A stretch of DNA of 64,000 nt from Parvibaculaceae bacterium (GCA_965217015.1 OZ244224.1:1595067-1659066), one strand, 5' to 3'; shown: positions 21,298-32,847, counted from the first letter of the stretch. Numbers and translations are program-made. The notes: generated by a model not told the origin, from the letters alone.

Positions 21298-22338
21298 ATG
21301 CAAAAAAACAAATTAGGTAATACGGATATTCTGGTTTCCGAAATTTGTCTTGGCACCATGACATGGGGGCGACAAAACACAGAAGAAGAAGCTTTTGAGC
21401 AGATGGATTACGCGCTTGAGCAAGGTGTAGATTTTTTTGATACTGCTGAACTTTACCCCATACCGCCTGAAGCAGAAACACAAGGGCGCACAGAAACCAT
21501 GATTGGCAATTGGTTCGCTGCGCGTGGCAATCGCGACAAAATTATTCTGGCCTCAAAAGTCACGGGCCGGTCTAGTCTGACATGGTTTCGCGATGATGGC
21601 GCGCCTACTGAGCTCAGCGAAGCCCAGATACACGAAGCGATTGATAAAAGCCTTGAGCGCTTGCAGACAGACTATATTGACCTTTATCAATTGCATTGGC
21701 CGGACCGGCCCATCAATCTTTTCGGCGGGCAGGGTTACACGCATCACGGTGATGAACTCAACCGCATTGAAGACACGCTGGGTGTTTTAGAGGGGCTGGT
21801 CAAAGCAGGTAAAATCCGCACTTTTGGTCTGTCAAATGAGACCCCTTGGGGGATTATGAAGTTTTTGCATTACGCCCAAGTGAACGCGCAAAGCCAGATT
21901 GTATCAGTGCAAAACGCCTATAATTTGCTCAACCGGATTTATGAATATGGCGCGTCAGAAATTTACCATCGCGAAGGTGTTGGCCTGCTGGCCTATAGCC
22001 CGCTTGCGCAGGGTTATCTATCGGGTAAATATCTCAATGGGGCGATACCGCCTGGGTCGCGCAAATCAATCGCCAATCGTTTGCAGCGCTATGAAACACC
22101 AGGCGCGGAAGAGGCGATTGTCAAATATCTAGCCATTGCTGAAAAATATGGCCTCGACCCATCTCAAATGGCGAATAAATTTGTCACCACGAGACCCTTT
22201 GTCACCTCTAATATTATTGGCGCGACAACAATGGAACAATTGCGTTTAGCGATTGGCTCGAATGATATTGATTTGAGTGATGAGCTGTTGGCAGAAATTG
22301 AAGCGGTGCATATACGCGCCCCTAATTTATGCCCTTAA
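21298..22338 (+). CDS. aldo/keto reductase (Tas-like NADP-dependent oxidoreductase)
   Basis: 346 aa. LGTMTWG ... FFDTAELY ... DLYQLHWPD are AKR motifs. Confidence 0.85.
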   Translation: MQKNKLGNTDILVSEICLGTMTWGRQNTEEEAFEQMDYALEQGVDFFDTAELYPIPPEAETQGRTETMIGNWFAARGNRDKIILASKVTGRSSLTWFRDDGAPTELSEAQIHEAIDKSLERLQTDYIDLYQLHWPDRPINLFGGQGYTHHGDELNRIEDTLGVLEGLVKAGKIRTFGLSNETPWGIMKFLHYAQVNAQSQIVSVQNAYNLLNRIYEYGASEIYHREGVGLLAYSPLAQGYLSGKYLNGAIPPGSRKSIANRLQRYETPGAEEAIVKYLAIAEKYGLDPSQMANKFVTTRPFVTSNIIGATTMEQLRLAIGSNDIDLSDELLAEIEAVHIRAPNLCP

Positions 22339-23165
22339 TCTAAAAACGCGCGGCGCATATTTTCAATATCCTGCGCCTCCAGATCAAGGCCGCGATAGAG
22401 ATAATCATCAAAGCTCTTATACTCTGTGTGAATGGTTTCAAATGCCGCCGCCAGATAGTCCTCATGCACGCCTAAAATGGGCTTGAGTTCCTCATAGCTG
22501 GCCTGGCTGTTAATGCGTGTGGTCAGCTCTTCATATTTCAGCTGGCTATTGGCTTCTAGGTGAATATTGGTTTGCAGATAATCAGCCAGCACATCTTCTT
22601 CCCCCACCCCAAGAATGGTAAGAATAAGCGCGGCACCAAACCCTGTGCGGTCTTTGCCTGCCATGCAATGAAACATAAGCGGTGTGTTTTGAGATTGGGC
22701 GACAATTTTTAGAAACTGAGCAAAGGGTTGGCGGTGTTGGCGCACAAAATTGCGATTGGCCTCAACCATAATATCGTGTAAGTCGCGCCCCAGAAGCTGG
22801 CCGCTGGCAATGGCCTGCCATAGCGCATCAACAAATGCGCCATCTTCAAAAACAGGTAATTTAACAGTTTCAATCTGGCTTTCTTTGGGCAGACGAGACG
22901 GCGCGGCAGTGCGCTCATTTTCGGAACGAAAATCAATAATATGTTTCAGCTGTAGGCGATTGAGAAATTTCAGGTCTTCATCTGTCAGATTGGACAAACG
23001 GTCAGAGCGATATAAATGCCCCCATTTAACCTGTTTCCCCTCATCGGTTTGGTAGCCACCCATATCACGAAAATTATGCGCACCTTCAAAAAACAACCGG
23101 CGGTGTTTGGGGCGTTCCTCAGAGGGTAACTCATGCGCAATAGGGCGCGTTTCTGCTGCAGTCAT
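22335..23165 (-). CDS. tyrosine-phosphatase-fold protein (Y_phosphatase3-like)
   Basis: 276 aa with the HCMAGKDRTG CX5R P-loop. It starts 12 bp downstream of the TetR gene stop. Confidence 0.8.
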   Translation of the reverse strand: MTAAETRPIAHELPSEERPKHRRLFFEGAHNFRDMGGYQTDEGKQVKWGHLYRSDRLSNLTDEDLKFLNRLQLKHIIDFRSENERTAAPSRLPKESQIETVKLPVFEDGAFVDALWQAIASGQLLGRDLHDIMVEANRNFVRQHRQPFAQFLKIVAQSQNTPLMFHCMAGKDRTGFGAALILTILGVGEEDVLADYLQTNIHLEANSQLKYEELTTRINSQASYEELKPILGVHEDYLAAAFETIHTEYKSFDDYLYRGLDLEAQDIENMRRAFLD

Positions 23166-23177
23166 GAGGTTTATTCC

Positions 23178-23807
23178 TTAACTCTTAATTTGACTCTCAA
23201 TATGTTGCCGCCTGACTAGCCCGTCCAGCCAATCTAACACCGGCGCGCCATAATCACTTCGTTCGAGCATGTTTAGTTGTAACATGCTTGTGCCAGCCCC
23301 TTCCAGCAACAAAATAAAATGCCGAGATAATTCTTGCGCTGTCATTGTGGTTGTCAGCTTTTTATCATTTTGCCGCTTCATCAAGGTAAATTTTTGCGCG
23401 TAAAAAGCTTCTGTTTCCAAGAAACTCTTTTTCATTTCGGCGCGCAACTTAGGGTGGCTCGCTCGAAACGCAAAAAGATTAAGCCGTGCGCGCCACCACA
23501 AATCCATCTTATCTGTGAGCGGCAAAATTTGTTTGACGGTTTCTCGTAATTCAACAAGCGGCTCTTGCGGAGAAATATGACGCAGTTTTGGCCGCCATTG
23601 TGGGTTGATTTGCGCGGTTAAAATCGCGGTGAGCAAATCTTCCTTTTGCGGGAAATGATAACTCACTGTGCCAACCGAGCAATCAACCCGAGCTGCCAAT
23701 GCGCGATAGGTCAGAGCTTCAAGCCCTTTTTGTGCCAAAATCTGATAGCCGCCCGCCAATAAAGGCTCAATACCAGAGCGTTTTATCGGGGGCGCGGGCG
23801 GGGTCAT
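23178..23807 (-). CDS. TetR/AcrR family transcriptional regulator
   Basis: 209 aa with an N-terminal HTH ([28 protein letters not shown]). Its ATG overlaps the cysNC stop as ATGA at 23804-23807. Confidence 0.85.
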   Translation of the reverse strand: MTPPAPPIKRSGIEPLLAGGYQILAQKGLEALTYRALAARVDCSVGTVSYHFPQKEDLLTAILTAQINPQWRPKLRHISPQEPLVELRETVKQILPLTDKMDLWWRARLNLFAFRASHPKLRAEMKKSFLETEAFYAQKFTLMKRQNDKKLTTTMTAQELSRHFILLLEGAGTSMLQLNMLERSDYGAPVLDWLDGLVRRQHIESQIKS

Positions 23808-25708
23808 GATTTTATAAAGCCGCGTTCAATCAGTGCTTCAATAATCATATCGGCGGCCTCTTCGGGGGATTGCGTCACTGTGTCAATTGTGATTTCTGGA
23901 TTCTCAGGCGCCTCGTAAGGGCTATCAATGCCTGTGAAGTTTTTCAGCTTTCCGGTGCGGGCTTTTTTATACAGCCCTTTCGGGTCGCGTTCTTCGGCCA
24001 CCTCAAGCGGGGTTTGAATATATATTTCAATAAAGGCTTCATCACCGACACGCTCGCGTGCCATTTGCCGCTCGGCACGGAAAGGCGAAATGAAAGAAAC
24101 AAGCGTTATCAAACCTGCATCGACCATTAGGCGCGACACTTCTGAAATTCGGCGAATATTTTCAATCCGGTCCGTGTCGGTAAAACCTAAATCGCGGTTT
24201 AGGCCATGCCGGACATTATCGCCATCTAAAACAAATGTATGGCGTCCACGCGCATAAAGTTTCTTTTGCACGGCATTGGCTATGGTCGATTTGCCCGAAC
24301 CAGACAGGCCGGTGAACCAAAGCACAACGGGTGACTGGCCTTTTTGTTCAGCATTGGCGGTGCGGTCAATATCCAGAGCTTGCCAGTGAATATTGGCGGC
24401 ACGGCGCAGGGCAAAATGTAAAAAGCCCATGCCGACTGTATTATTGGTGCTGCGGTCAATTAAAATAAACCCACCCATATCGCGGTTTTGGCTATAGGGG
24501 TCAAAGGCCACCAGCCGGTCCAGTGATAATGTGGTGACCCCAATCTCGTTCAGCTCTAAGGTTTTGGTCGCCAATTGCTCCATCGAATTTATGTTCAGCT
24601 TATGTTTGGGTTGGCTAATTGTGGCCAGCGCGTTATTGGTGCCAATCTTCATCACATAGGGACGGCCCGGCATGAGCTTCTGGTCGTCCATCCATAAGAT
24701 AGTCGCTTCAAATTGGTCAGAGACTTCAGCCGGCTGGTCGGCGGAGGCCATAACATCGCCACGCGAAATATCAATTTCATCAGCCAGACACAAGGTCACC
24801 GATTGGCCCGCAATCGCTTCATCAAGGTCACCATCTTGGGTGACAATACGGGTGACGATGGACTCTTTCGCGCTCGGCAAGCTTTTAATGCGGTCACCTG
24901 GCCGCACGGAGCCGCTCACAATCAATCCTGAGAACCCCCGGAAATCCAGATTGGGTCGGTTAACCCATTGCACCGGCATGCGGAAAGGCTGGTTCAGTGT
25001 CTCATCATCAACCTCGACAGATTCTAGAAAATGCATCAGCGTTGGGCCGTCATACCAAGATGTGTGATAGCTCGGCTCGGTCACATTATCACCTTGCAGG
25101 GCAGATAAAGGAATGGCTGTTACTTTGTCAAAATTCAGATTTTCGGCAAAAGCGTCAAACTCGGTTTGGATTTTGGTAAATACCTCTTCGCTAAAATCCA
25201 CCAAATCCATTTTATTTATCGCCAGTACGACATTGCGAATGCCAAGTTGCGAGACAATAAATGCATGGCGGCGGGTCTGGGTCATAATGCCCTGGCGCGC
25301 ATCAATCAATAAAACCGCAAGCTGGGCGGTTGAGGCCCCTGTTGCCATATTGCGGGTATATTGTTCATGGCCGGGTGTGTCGGCGACAATAAATTTGCGT
25401 TTATCGGTCGAGAAAAACCGGTAAGCCACATCAATGGTAATCCCTTGCTCACGCTCTGCCGCCAGACCATCAACCAGCAGGGCAAAGTCTATCTCGCCAT
25501 TTTGCGTGCCCATTTTTGCGCTGTCAGATTCAAGCGCATCAAGCTGGTCTTCAAAAATCATTTTGGACTCATATAGCAAGCGGCCAATCAAGGTTGATTT
25601 GCCGTCATCGACGGAGCCGCAAGTGATAAAGCGCAACATGGATTTATTTTCATGCGCTTTGAGATAGGCCTGAATATCTTCAGCAATAAGGTCGGATTGG
25701 TGGGCCAT
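23804..25708 (-). CDS. cysNC: bifunctional sulfate adenylyltransferase subunit 1 / adenylylsulfate kinase
   Basis: 634 aa. GTPase motifs [22 protein letters not shown] and NKMD. The C-terminal APS-kinase P-loop is [11 protein letters not shown]. Confidence 0.95.
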   Translation of the reverse strand: MAHQSDLIAEDIQAYLKAHENKSMLRFITCGSVDDGKSTLIGRLLYESKMIFEDQLDALESDSAKMGTQNGEIDFALLVDGLAAEREQGITIDVAYRFFSTDKRKFIVADTPGHEQYTRNMATGASTAQLAVLLIDARQGIMTQTRRHAFIVSQLGIRNVVLAINKMDLVDFSEEVFTKIQTEFDAFAENLNFDKVTAIPLSALQGDNVTEPSYHTSWYDGPTLMHFLESVEVDDETLNQPFRMPVQWVNRPNLDFRGFSGLIVSGSVRPGDRIKSLPSAKESIVTRIVTQDGDLDEAIAGQSVTLCLADEIDISRGDVMASADQPAEVSDQFEATILWMDDQKLMPGRPYVMKIGTNNALATISQPKHKLNINSMEQLATKTLELNEIGVTTLSLDRLVAFDPYSQNRDMGGFILIDRSTNNTVGMGFLHFALRRAANIHWQALDIDRTANAEQKGQSPVVLWFTGLSGSGKSTIANAVQKKLYARGRHTFVLDGDNVRHGLNRDLGFTDTDRIENIRRISEVSRLMVDAGLITLVSFISPFRAERQMARERVGDEAFIEIYIQTPLEVAEERDPKGLYKKARTGKLKNFTGIDSPYEAPENPEITIDTVTQSPEEAADMIIEALIERGFIKS

Positions 25709-26604
25709 TAGAAATACCCCTCTTGTTTTTTCTTTTCCATCGAGGCGGATTGGTCATGGTCAATGACGCGGCCTTGGCGCTCAGATGTTTTGGTCAGTAG
25801 CATTTCTTGAATAATATCTTCCAGCGATGCGGCGGTGCTTTCAACTGCACCCGTCAGCGGATAGCAGCCAAGCGTGCGGAACCGAACCGATTTCATTTCA
25901 GGCTTTTCGTCAGGCGCCAGCGGCATGCGGTCATCGTCAACCATAATCAAGGCGCCGTCACGCTCAACCACAGGGCGCATATCTGCAAAATAAAGCGGGA
26001 CAATCGGGATTTGTTCTAAGTAAATATATTGCCAAATATCCAGCTCCGTCCAATTTGACAGCGGGAAAACACGAATGCTTTCGCCGGCCTGTTTGCGTGC
26101 ATTATAAAGCGACCAAATTTCTGGACGCTGGTTTTTGGGGTCCCATCGATGCTGTTGCGAGCGAAACGAAAACACCCGCTCTTTGGCGCGGCTTTTTTCT
26201 TCATCTCGCCGTGCGCCGCCAAAGGCCGCATCAAAGCCATATTTATCCAAAGCCTGTTTCAATGCTTGTGTTTTCATCACATCTGTATGGTGTTGCGAGC
26301 CATGTGTGAAGGGGCCAATATTGTCAGCCAGACCTTCTGGGTTGGTGTGGGTGAGCAATTCCAGGCCAAGCTTGGCAACCAAATCATCACGAAAGCGGAT
26401 CATTTCCTTAAACTTCCAGCCCGTATCCACATGCAAAAGCGGGAAAGGCGGTTTGGACGGGTAAAAGGCTTTCATCGCCAAATGCAGCATGACGGCACTG
26501 TCTTTGCCCACCGAATATAGCATGACTGGATTTTCGGTCTCGCTCACCACTTCGCGCATAATATGAATGGACTCAGCTTCAAGCCTTTGTAAATGTGTCA
26601 ACAT
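25708..26604 (-). CDS. cysD: sulfate adenylyltransferase subunit 2
   Basis: 298 aa with the PAPS-reductase-like [12 protein letters not shown] motif. A TAATG overlap joins it to cysNC. Confidence 0.95.
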   Translation of the reverse strand: MLTHLQRLEAESIHIMREVVSETENPVMLYSVGKDSAVMLHLAMKAFYPSKPPFPLLHVDTGWKFKEMIRFRDDLVAKLGLELLTHTNPEGLADNIGPFTHGSQHHTDVMKTQALKQALDKYGFDAAFGGARRDEEKSRAKERVFSFRSQQHRWDPKNQRPEIWSLYNARKQAGESIRVFPLSNWTELDIWQYIYLEQIPIVPLYFADMRPVVERDGALIMVDDDRMPLAPDEKPEMKSVRFRTLGCYPLTGAVESTAASLEDIIQEMLLTKTSERQGRVIDHDQSASMEKKKQEGYF

Positions 26605-26659
26605 AAGTGTGTCTCCTATGGGGCTAAGCTAGGGGGTTGACATCAGGTGGTCAATCAAT

Positions 26660-26679
26660 ATTCGTACAAATGTACGAAT
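26660..26679. promoter_or_regulatory. perfect 9-bp inverted repeat (candidate operator) in the cysD / maoC-like divergent intergenic region
   Basis: ATTCGTACA-AA-TGTACGAAT, located 56-75 bp upstream of the cysD ATG. Confidence 0.4.
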
Positions 26680-26810
26680 ATATCCAAAATAAAAAAGCCA
26701 AACCAAACGCCCCAGCCCAAAATTCAGCCATTCGCAGCTATTGACGCGGCTTGTTTTACACCCAAAAACCTGCCAAACTGAGCACCTTAAAGATATCAAA
26801 GGGGGATATA

Positions 26811-27266
26811 ATGACACTGGTTATCGAAAAAACATCCGATTTGCCATCTTATGTTGGCAAGGAGCTGGGCAAATCAGATTGGTTTGCGGTGGAGCAGGAC
26901 CGCATCAATCTTTTTGCTGACGCAACGGAAGACCATCAATTTATTCATATTGATGAAGAAGCTGCAAAATTGACGCCATTTGGCACCACCATTGCGCATG
27001 GGTTTTTGACACTTTCGCTGGTGCCGCGATTGGTGCAGGATATTTATCGTGTCGCTGATGTCAAAATGGGGGTGAATTATGGCCTCAACCGCGTGCGTTT
27101 TCTCAATCCGGTCAAAGTCGGCTCACGCGTTCAGGCTTCGGCAACCATTAAAGAGGTTGGGGAAGCCGCTGGCGGCACACAGGTTATTTTAGAAGTGACC
27201 ATTGCCATAGAGGGCGAAGAAAAACCCGCATGCGTGGCGGAATTTATTTCACTGGTTTACGCCTAA
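26811..27266 (+). CDS. MaoC-like (R)-specific hydratase, hot-dog fold
   Basis: MTLVIEKTSD start at 26811 with RBS AAGGGGGA. DHQFIHIDEEAA ... TIAHGFLTLS are MaoC dehydratase motifs. Confidence 0.8.
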   Translation: MTLVIEKTSDLPSYVGKELGKSDWFAVEQDRINLFADATEDHQFIHIDEEAAKLTPFGTTIAHGFLTLSLVPRLVQDIYRVADVKMGVNYGLNRVRFLNPVKVGSRVQASATIKEVGEAAGGTQVILEVTIAIEGEEKPACVAEFISLVYA

Positions 27267-27285
27267 AGCAAATTGGTCTTGCGGG

Positions 27286-28881
27286 CTAGTGCCGGAAATG
27301 GCGCATGCCCGTAAAGACCATTGCCAGCCCCGCTTCATCAGCGGCGGCAATAACCTCATCATCACGAATAGACCCGCCCGGCTGGATAATCGCCGTTGCG
27401 CCTGCTTCTGCTGCTGAAAGCAAACCATCAGCAAAGGGGAAAAACGCATCAGACGCCACCACAGAACCTTGCGCCAGTGGCGTGCTTTCGCCTGCTGCAT
27501 CAGCCGCGTCTTGCGACTTGCGCGCTGCAATGCGCGAGCTATCCAATCGACTCATTTGCCCAGCCCCAATACCGACAGTCGCGCCGTCCTTGGCATAAAC
27601 AATAGCGTTTGATTTCACATGCTTGGCAACACGAAACGCAAACAGTAAATCAGCCATTTCTGCATCTGTTGGCTGGCGCTTGGTCACGGTTTGGACATCT
27701 TGCGCGCTGATATGGCCATTATCGCGATTTTGTACCAAATAACCGCCAGACACGGAACGCACAGACAGACCAGCCGCCAACGGGTCTGGCAATCCATGAG
27801 TGAGCAAAAGACGGAGGTTTTTCTTGGCCGCAATAATGTCACGCGCTTCATCATCTGCCTCAGGGGCAATAATGACTTCCGTAAAAATTTGTGTAATGGC
27901 TTGCGCGGTTGGTGCATCAAGCGGCTGGTTCATCGCAATAATGCCGCCAAATGCGCTGACCGGATCGCATTTCAACGCTTTCGCAAATGCATCGGCTAAA
28001 TCACCACCAGTTGCAACCCCGCACGGATTGGCATGTTTGATAATCGCGCAGGCCGCCATTTGAGCCGGGTCAAATTCAGCGACCAATTCAAAAGCGGCGT
28101 CTGTGTCATTGATGTTATTATAAGAAAGCTCTTTGCCTTGAATTTGCGTGGCGCTGGCAACACCGGGTCGTTGTTCACCCGATACATAAAACGCGGCATG
28201 CTGATGCGGGTTTTCGCCATAGCGCAAAGTCTGGCGCAATTGCCCGCCAACCGCGCGAAAATCTGGCGCTTGTTCATCAAGCTGGTCAGCCAGCCAATTA
28301 GAAATAGCCGCATCATAGGCGGCGGTGCGGGCATAGGCTTTTTGCGCCAATTTTTTGCGTAAGGCTAAACTTGTGGCGCCCTTTTGCGCCGACATCTCCG
28401 CCAGCACCGTGTCATAATCTTGCGCCTCAACAATCACCGTCACATCGGCATGGTTTTTGGACGCAGCGCGGATCATTGCAGGCCCGCCAATGTCGATATT
28501 TTCAATACAGGCATCATAATCACCACCCGCCGCGACGGTTTGCTCAAACGGGTAAAGGTTAACCACCAGCAAATCAATGGCCTGAATATCATGTGCTTGC
28601 ATGGCTTGTTGGTGGGTTTCATTATCGCGCACCGCCAACAGTCCACCATGCACCATGGGATGCAATGTCTTGACCCGCCCGTCCATCATTTCCGGAAAAC
28701 CTGTCAGCTCAGACACATCTTTGACCGCCAAACCGGCTTCTGCGAGCATTTTTGCCGTGCCGCCAGTGGAAACAAGTTCAACGCCATGTGCCAGAAGCCC
28801 TTGAGCAAATTCTAAAAGACCGGTTTTGTCGGACACAGATAAAAGTGCGCGTTGGATAGGACGTGATGACTGGTTTGACAT
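27286..28881 (-). CDS. purH: bifunctional AICAR formyltransferase / IMP cyclohydrolase
   Basis: 531 aa. [11 protein letters not shown] ... [12 protein letters not shown] ... ends MRHFRH. Confidence 0.95.
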   Translation of the reverse strand: MSNQSSRPIQRALLSVSDKTGLLEFAQGLLAHGVELVSTGGTAKMLAEAGLAVKDVSELTGFPEMMDGRVKTLHPMVHGGLLAVRDNETHQQAMQAHDIQAIDLLVVNLYPFEQTVAAGGDYDACIENIDIGGPAMIRAASKNHADVTVIVEAQDYDTVLAEMSAQKGATSLALRKKLAQKAYARTAAYDAAISNWLADQLDEQAPDFRAVGGQLRQTLRYGENPHQHAAFYVSGEQRPGVASATQIQGKELSYNNINDTDAAFELVAEFDPAQMAACAIIKHANPCGVATGGDLADAFAKALKCDPVSAFGGIIAMNQPLDAPTAQAITQIFTEVIIAPEADDEARDIIAAKKNLRLLLTHGLPDPLAAGLSVRSVSGGYLVQNRDNGHISAQDVQTVTKRQPTDAEMADLLFAFRVAKHVKSNAIVYAKDGATVGIGAGQMSRLDSSRIAARKSQDAADAAGESTPLAQGSVVASDAFFPFADGLLSAAEAGATAIIQPGGSIRDDEVIAAADEAGLAMVFTGMRHFRH

Positions 28882-29004
28882 AATTACTCCTCAGCTTTGG
28901 TCGTTATATCACGGGCATATGCCTTGCGGTTAGCATGGGCGCGGCGGGGAATCAACCCGCCAATCGCGCGCCATAAGATTTATCAACAGGCGATACCCGT
29001 GAGA

Positions 29005-30666
29005 TTAACGCATTAGTTTAAGACCCCATTTTAATGAAAATTGAGACGCGTCAAAAACCCCTTCAAGACAAATTTGCTGGGTTTGGCGTGGTACACCATT
29101 TTGTCCCATATAGACACTTTCCGACAGGCTCATTTTGGCTTTATCGGCCTCAATCAAGAACTGCCAACCTTCGCGATTGGGCAGCGCCAATAAAACGCTG
29201 TTTTTATTCTTGGTCAGTGACGCTTTGACATTGGGGTGCAGGTGAAAGCGCAGGGTAAATTCGACTGGCTTAGTCTCTGCTTGTGATCCACGAAAAATCA
29301 ACTCTTCGCCACGAATATCTTCACCGCTCAAATCAACATAAAGGCGGCGATGCATTTCTAAATGCAAGTCAGGCTTATAAAGATCATGACTGGTTTCAAG
29401 CCAAATGGCATTGGGGTCCTCAAGGCGTTTGGCGGTGACGCGTGGCGATTTAGAATGATGTGGCCCTGTGTTGAGGCTCAACATAGAATGCGCCGCTGGT
29501 TGGCGCGATGCTTCCTGCCAAAGCGGGCCATGCACATAATTTGTACCACAATTAACCCATAAACGCTGCCCGCCCCGCGAAAGCTCCATGGCGCAGGGCG
29601 CATTTTCTTGCGACCCTGCCGTGCTGCCAGTATTGACAAAAACCAGCGTTTTACCAGCTGCAATACGATGATATTGACTGTCCGAAAGCACGCCATGATT
29701 TATCGCCTGCGTCGCGCCTGATAGTTTGATTAAGCTGGCCAGCCCGTTTTTGGTTAAGCCAGTAAAACACCCCGCCTCTAATCCGCCTTGAAAAACCGAT
29801 AATTTACCATCTGCATGGCGCATAAATTTTAAGCCTTGCCCAATTTGTTTAATGGCCGTCACCAAAGTTTGCGGCAAATTAAGTTTGCGCTCTTGCAGGG
29901 TGTTTTTGATTTCTATTAAAACCGGCAACACCCATAATAAAGCATCAGGCGCGCGCGATTTATGCAGGCCGTCACTGGCGACTTGTTTTTTCAGCTCGCG
30001 GGTCAGCGCGGCAATGGCGTGGTTAAGCTGGCTGGTGCCATTGGCCAAGGCAAAACAACTATAGGTATAACCGCAAGCAGCAATCAAACGCGGCAGGCCA
30101 TCTGGCGTATGGTTTATCATTTTAGACAAATAGCGTGCTTCTGTGGTCAGGCGTCTCAGAAAATCAATATTTTGCTGGTTGGTCAGTAAGGGGGCAATGT
30201 TTTTGCTGCACGCACTCAGCGCCACGAAGCGCCGGGCTAAAATATCCCCCCGCCAAGCGAGGCTGGGGGTATAATTTTTTTGGTGCAACCAATGCGATAT
30301 GGAAGCGCGGGTCATCATATCGGCTTGCGGGCTTTCAATCATGCAAATATGCACCAGCCAGTCAAAGGCATAAAGTTCAGCCAGCCATGCATCATTTGGG
30401 GGCGGGCAGTCAAAGGGCAGATTTTTTTGCCCGCGCAATATCGCGCCCTTTAACGGATAATCACCCGCCAGCCAAGCCAGCCCTAAATCTCGATTATTTG
30501 GTAAAAGCGTTTTGGGAAACGGGCGAATGAGGTCATCTGCTTCCCCTTGCTCAAAATATTTTTGATAGAATTTTTGGGTTAATAATGCGCTGGTTTTTGT
30601 AACCAAACCGTTTTGGGAAAAGAGGCCGCGAGAGAAAAAATGACCAATTTGGGGCGCGTTGCTCAT
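29005..30666 (-). CDS. heparinase II/III-like family protein
   Basis: 553 aa. The call rests on the conserved alphaproteobacterial position between purH and rpe/rsmB and on overall resemblance, not on a sharp motif. Confidence 0.55.
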   Translation of the reverse strand: MSNAPQIGHFFSRGLFSQNGLVTKTSALLTQKFYQKYFEQGEADDLIRPFPKTLLPNNRDLGLAWLAGDYPLKGAILRGQKNLPFDCPPPNDAWLAELYAFDWLVHICMIESPQADMMTRASISHWLHQKNYTPSLAWRGDILARRFVALSACSKNIAPLLTNQQNIDFLRRLTTEARYLSKMINHTPDGLPRLIAACGYTYSCFALANGTSQLNHAIAALTRELKKQVASDGLHKSRAPDALLWVLPVLIEIKNTLQERKLNLPQTLVTAIKQIGQGLKFMRHADGKLSVFQGGLEAGCFTGLTKNGLASLIKLSGATQAINHGVLSDSQYHRIAAGKTLVFVNTGSTAGSQENAPCAMELSRGGQRLWVNCGTNYVHGPLWQEASRQPAAHSMLSLNTGPHHSKSPRVTAKRLEDPNAIWLETSHDLYKPDLHLEMHRRLYVDLSGEDIRGEELIFRGSQAETKPVEFTLRFHLHPNVKASLTKNKNSVLLALPNREGWQFLIEADKAKMSLSESVYMGQNGVPRQTQQICLEGVFDASQFSLKWGLKLMR

Positions 30667-30686
30667 AGCTGATGCGTCCCCTTTGC

Positions 30687-31358
30687 TCAGCCTCTTAGGG
30701 CTTTAATATTTTCTGCATAAGCGTTTGGCCCACCAGCAAAACTCGCAGTGCCTGCTACCAGAACATCAGCGCCTGCTGCAATAATTTGCGCGGCATTGTC
30801 ACGGTTCACCCCGCCATCGACTTCCAGCTCAATCGGGCGGCCTGTTTTTTCAATCATCAAGCGCAGGGTTTTGATTTTATCCAGCTGGCTATCAATAAAA
30901 GATTGCCCGCCAAAACCAGGATTAACAGACATGACCAAGATAAGGTCAATATCCCCCATGAGCTCTTCGACCATGCTGACAGGGGTCGCCGGATTAAGCG
31001 ATACACCGACTTTACACCCTGCGGCTTTAATAGCTTGCGCTGTGCGGTGCGGGTGCGGGCCAGCTTCAGGGTGGAAGGTAATAATATCCGCCCCTGCTTT
31101 GGCAAATGCATCAATGTAATGATCGACTGGCGCAATCATTAAATGCACATCAAGCGGTTTGGTAGCATGCGGTTTAATGGCCGCAACCACATTGGGGCCA
31201 ATGGTTATGTTCGGCACAAAATGGCCGTCCATCACATCAACATGCACATAATCGCACCCCGCCTCACAAATGGCCGCGACCTCCTCGCCCAATTTGGCAA
31301 AATCAGCCGACAAAATAGAGGGAGAAATTTTTACATATGTTTCAGGATAATCAGTCAT
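30687..31358 (-). CDS. rpe: ribulose-phosphate 3-epimerase
   Basis: 223 aa. [13 protein letters not shown] ... [12 protein letters not shown] ... VNPGFGGQ. Confidence 0.95.
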   Translation of the reverse strand: MTDYPETYVKISPSILSADFAKLGEEVAAICEAGCDYVHVDVMDGHFVPNITIGPNVVAAIKPHATKPLDVHLMIAPVDHYIDAFAKAGADIITFHPEAGPHPHRTAQAIKAAGCKVGVSLNPATPVSMVEELMGDIDLILVMSVNPGFGGQSFIDSQLDKIKTLRLMIEKTGRPIELEVDGGVNRDNAAQIIAAGADVLVAGTASFAGGPNAYAENIKALRG

Positions 31359-31452
31359 GATGGTTCATTCAGGCCCGCTTAAATATCTTAACTGATTATG
31401 GCATAAAACATGTCGCACTTCCAGACAAGAGCGAGCGGTATCTGGCTGGCTT

Positions 31453-32847
31453 TTATATTTTTTTTGTTAAAAGCGCAGCATAAAACCCGTCCATGCCGCC
31501 GGCCTCCATCATATGGGCAGGGGTGGTGCGCAGGCTGCCATCTGCCTGCACAAGCGCCTGCTCGATAGCGCGCTCTGGCAAATAAGGGCTGAGGCTGATT
31601 TGGGTCATGTCAGGCTGTTGTGCCAAAAAGGCTTTGATGCGCGCCTCTCCCTCTTGGGTGTCGAGTGAGCAGGTGCCATATATCATCAACCCGCCTGGTG
31701 CGAGCCATTGATAAGCTTGGTGCAAAAGACTGTCTTGCAGGTTGATAAGTTTTTTGACATATCCTGGGCGCCGGTGTCTGGGCAGGTCGGGGTGGCGGCG
31801 TATGGTGCCGCTTGCCGAACATGGCGCATCAAGCAGAATGGCATCAAAACTTTCTGTTGCCTGCCAGCTCATCGCATCGGCGCAAACAAGTTTTGCCGAT
31901 AATTTCGTGCGGGCCAGATTATCTTTCAGCCGCGCCAGCCGCGTCTCGGATATATCAAGCGCTGTTACATCAAAACCGGCAGCGGCCAATTGGAGGGTTT
32001 TGCCACCTGGGGCGGCACATAAATCAAGCACTTTTAAGCCCGTCTTTTTATCAATATCTTTATCAATATCTTTATTAGTGTTTTTGTGGGTTTGTTGCAG
32101 GGCGGCGGTCAAGCCGATAGCTGGCAGGCTTGCTGCGAAATCCTGCACCCACCAATCGCCTTGGTCAAATCCGGGCAATTGGTCAACACGCGGCGCGTGC
32201 CAAAGCCTGACTTGGTTGGGTGTGAGCTGTGTGACACGCATATCAGGCCAGTCACTTTTCAAGGCTTCGGCCCAATTTTGCGCTTGCGCGCTGGATTTGA
32301 ATGTCAGGTCTAATGGCGGTTGCTGGCAGTGTTGGTGTGCAATATTGGCAGCCATTTCTGGGCCATAATCTTCTTCCCATTGCGCATACATCCAGTCTGG
32401 CGCGTTTAAATGCGGCTGCTGGGGGCGTGGGTCTTTATCTTCTGCCGCGCGCGATAAATTGCGCAAAACCGCATTGATAAGCCCGCGATAGGGTTTTTCC
32501 TGCCGCCCGCAGGCATTCACGGTTTCACCCACCGCCGCATGGTCAGCGGTTTCCATATAACAAATTTGCGTCACGCCGAGATATAGCAGGGCTTTGGCAA
32601 TATGCGGGCGTGGCGGGATTGGTTTTTTTAAATATGGGCGCAATAAAAATTCTATTTCGCCATAATGGCGCAGGCACATCATCACCATAGCCCGCGCCAA
32701 AGCGCGCTCTCTCTGGGCGAGCCCGTCTAGCCGGTCATCGGCCTCATCAAGGGTTTTGCCGCGGTCAATGGCCGCCAGCATTTGGCCGGCTGCGCGGCGC
32801 AGGTTTTTCGGGCGTTTGGGTTTTTGAGGGGCGGGAGTGTCAGCCAT
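31453..32847 (-). CDS. rsmB: 16S rRNA (cytosine967-C5)-methyltransferase (Sun/RsmB)
   Basis: 464 aa with an N-terminal NusB-like part. DLCAAPGGKT and DAPCSASGTIRRHPD motifs. Confidence 0.85.
   Translation of the reverse strand: MADTPAPQKPKRPKNLRRAAGQMLAAIDRGKTLDEADDRLDGLAQRERALARAMVMMCLRHYGEIEFLLRPYLKKPIPPRPHIAKALLYLGVTQICYMETADHAAVGETVNACGRQEKPYRGLINAVLRNLSRAAEDKDPRPQQPHLNAPDWMYAQWEEDYGPEMAANIAHQHCQQPPLDLTFKSSAQAQNWAEALKSDWPDMRVTQLTPNQVRLWHAPRVDQLPGFDQGDWWVQDFAASLPAIGLTAALQQTHKNTNKDIDKDIDKKTGLKVLDLCAAPGGKTLQLAAAGFDVTALDISETRLARLKDNLARTKLSAKLVCADAMSWQATESFDAILLDAPCSASGTIRRHPDLPRHRRPGYVKKLINLQDSLLHQAYQWLAPGGLMIYGTCSLDTQEGEARIKAFLAQQPDMTQISLSPYLPERAIEQALVQADGSLRTTPAHMMEAGGMDGFYAALLTKKI
32048..32074 (-). 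repeat. 12-bp x 2.25 in-frame repeat (KDIDKDIDK) inside rsmB
   Basis: TTATCAATATCT TTATCAATATCT TTA on the plus strand. Confidence 0.9.

Noticed and set aside
31742-32368. A 208-aa plus-strand ORF opposite rsmB, and similar long antisense ORFs opposite purH, cysNC, acs, hemC and hlyD.
   Set aside because: Each overlaps a gene with clear catalytic motifs on the other strand. Their translations are Ala/Arg/Ser/Pro-rich shadow ORFs.
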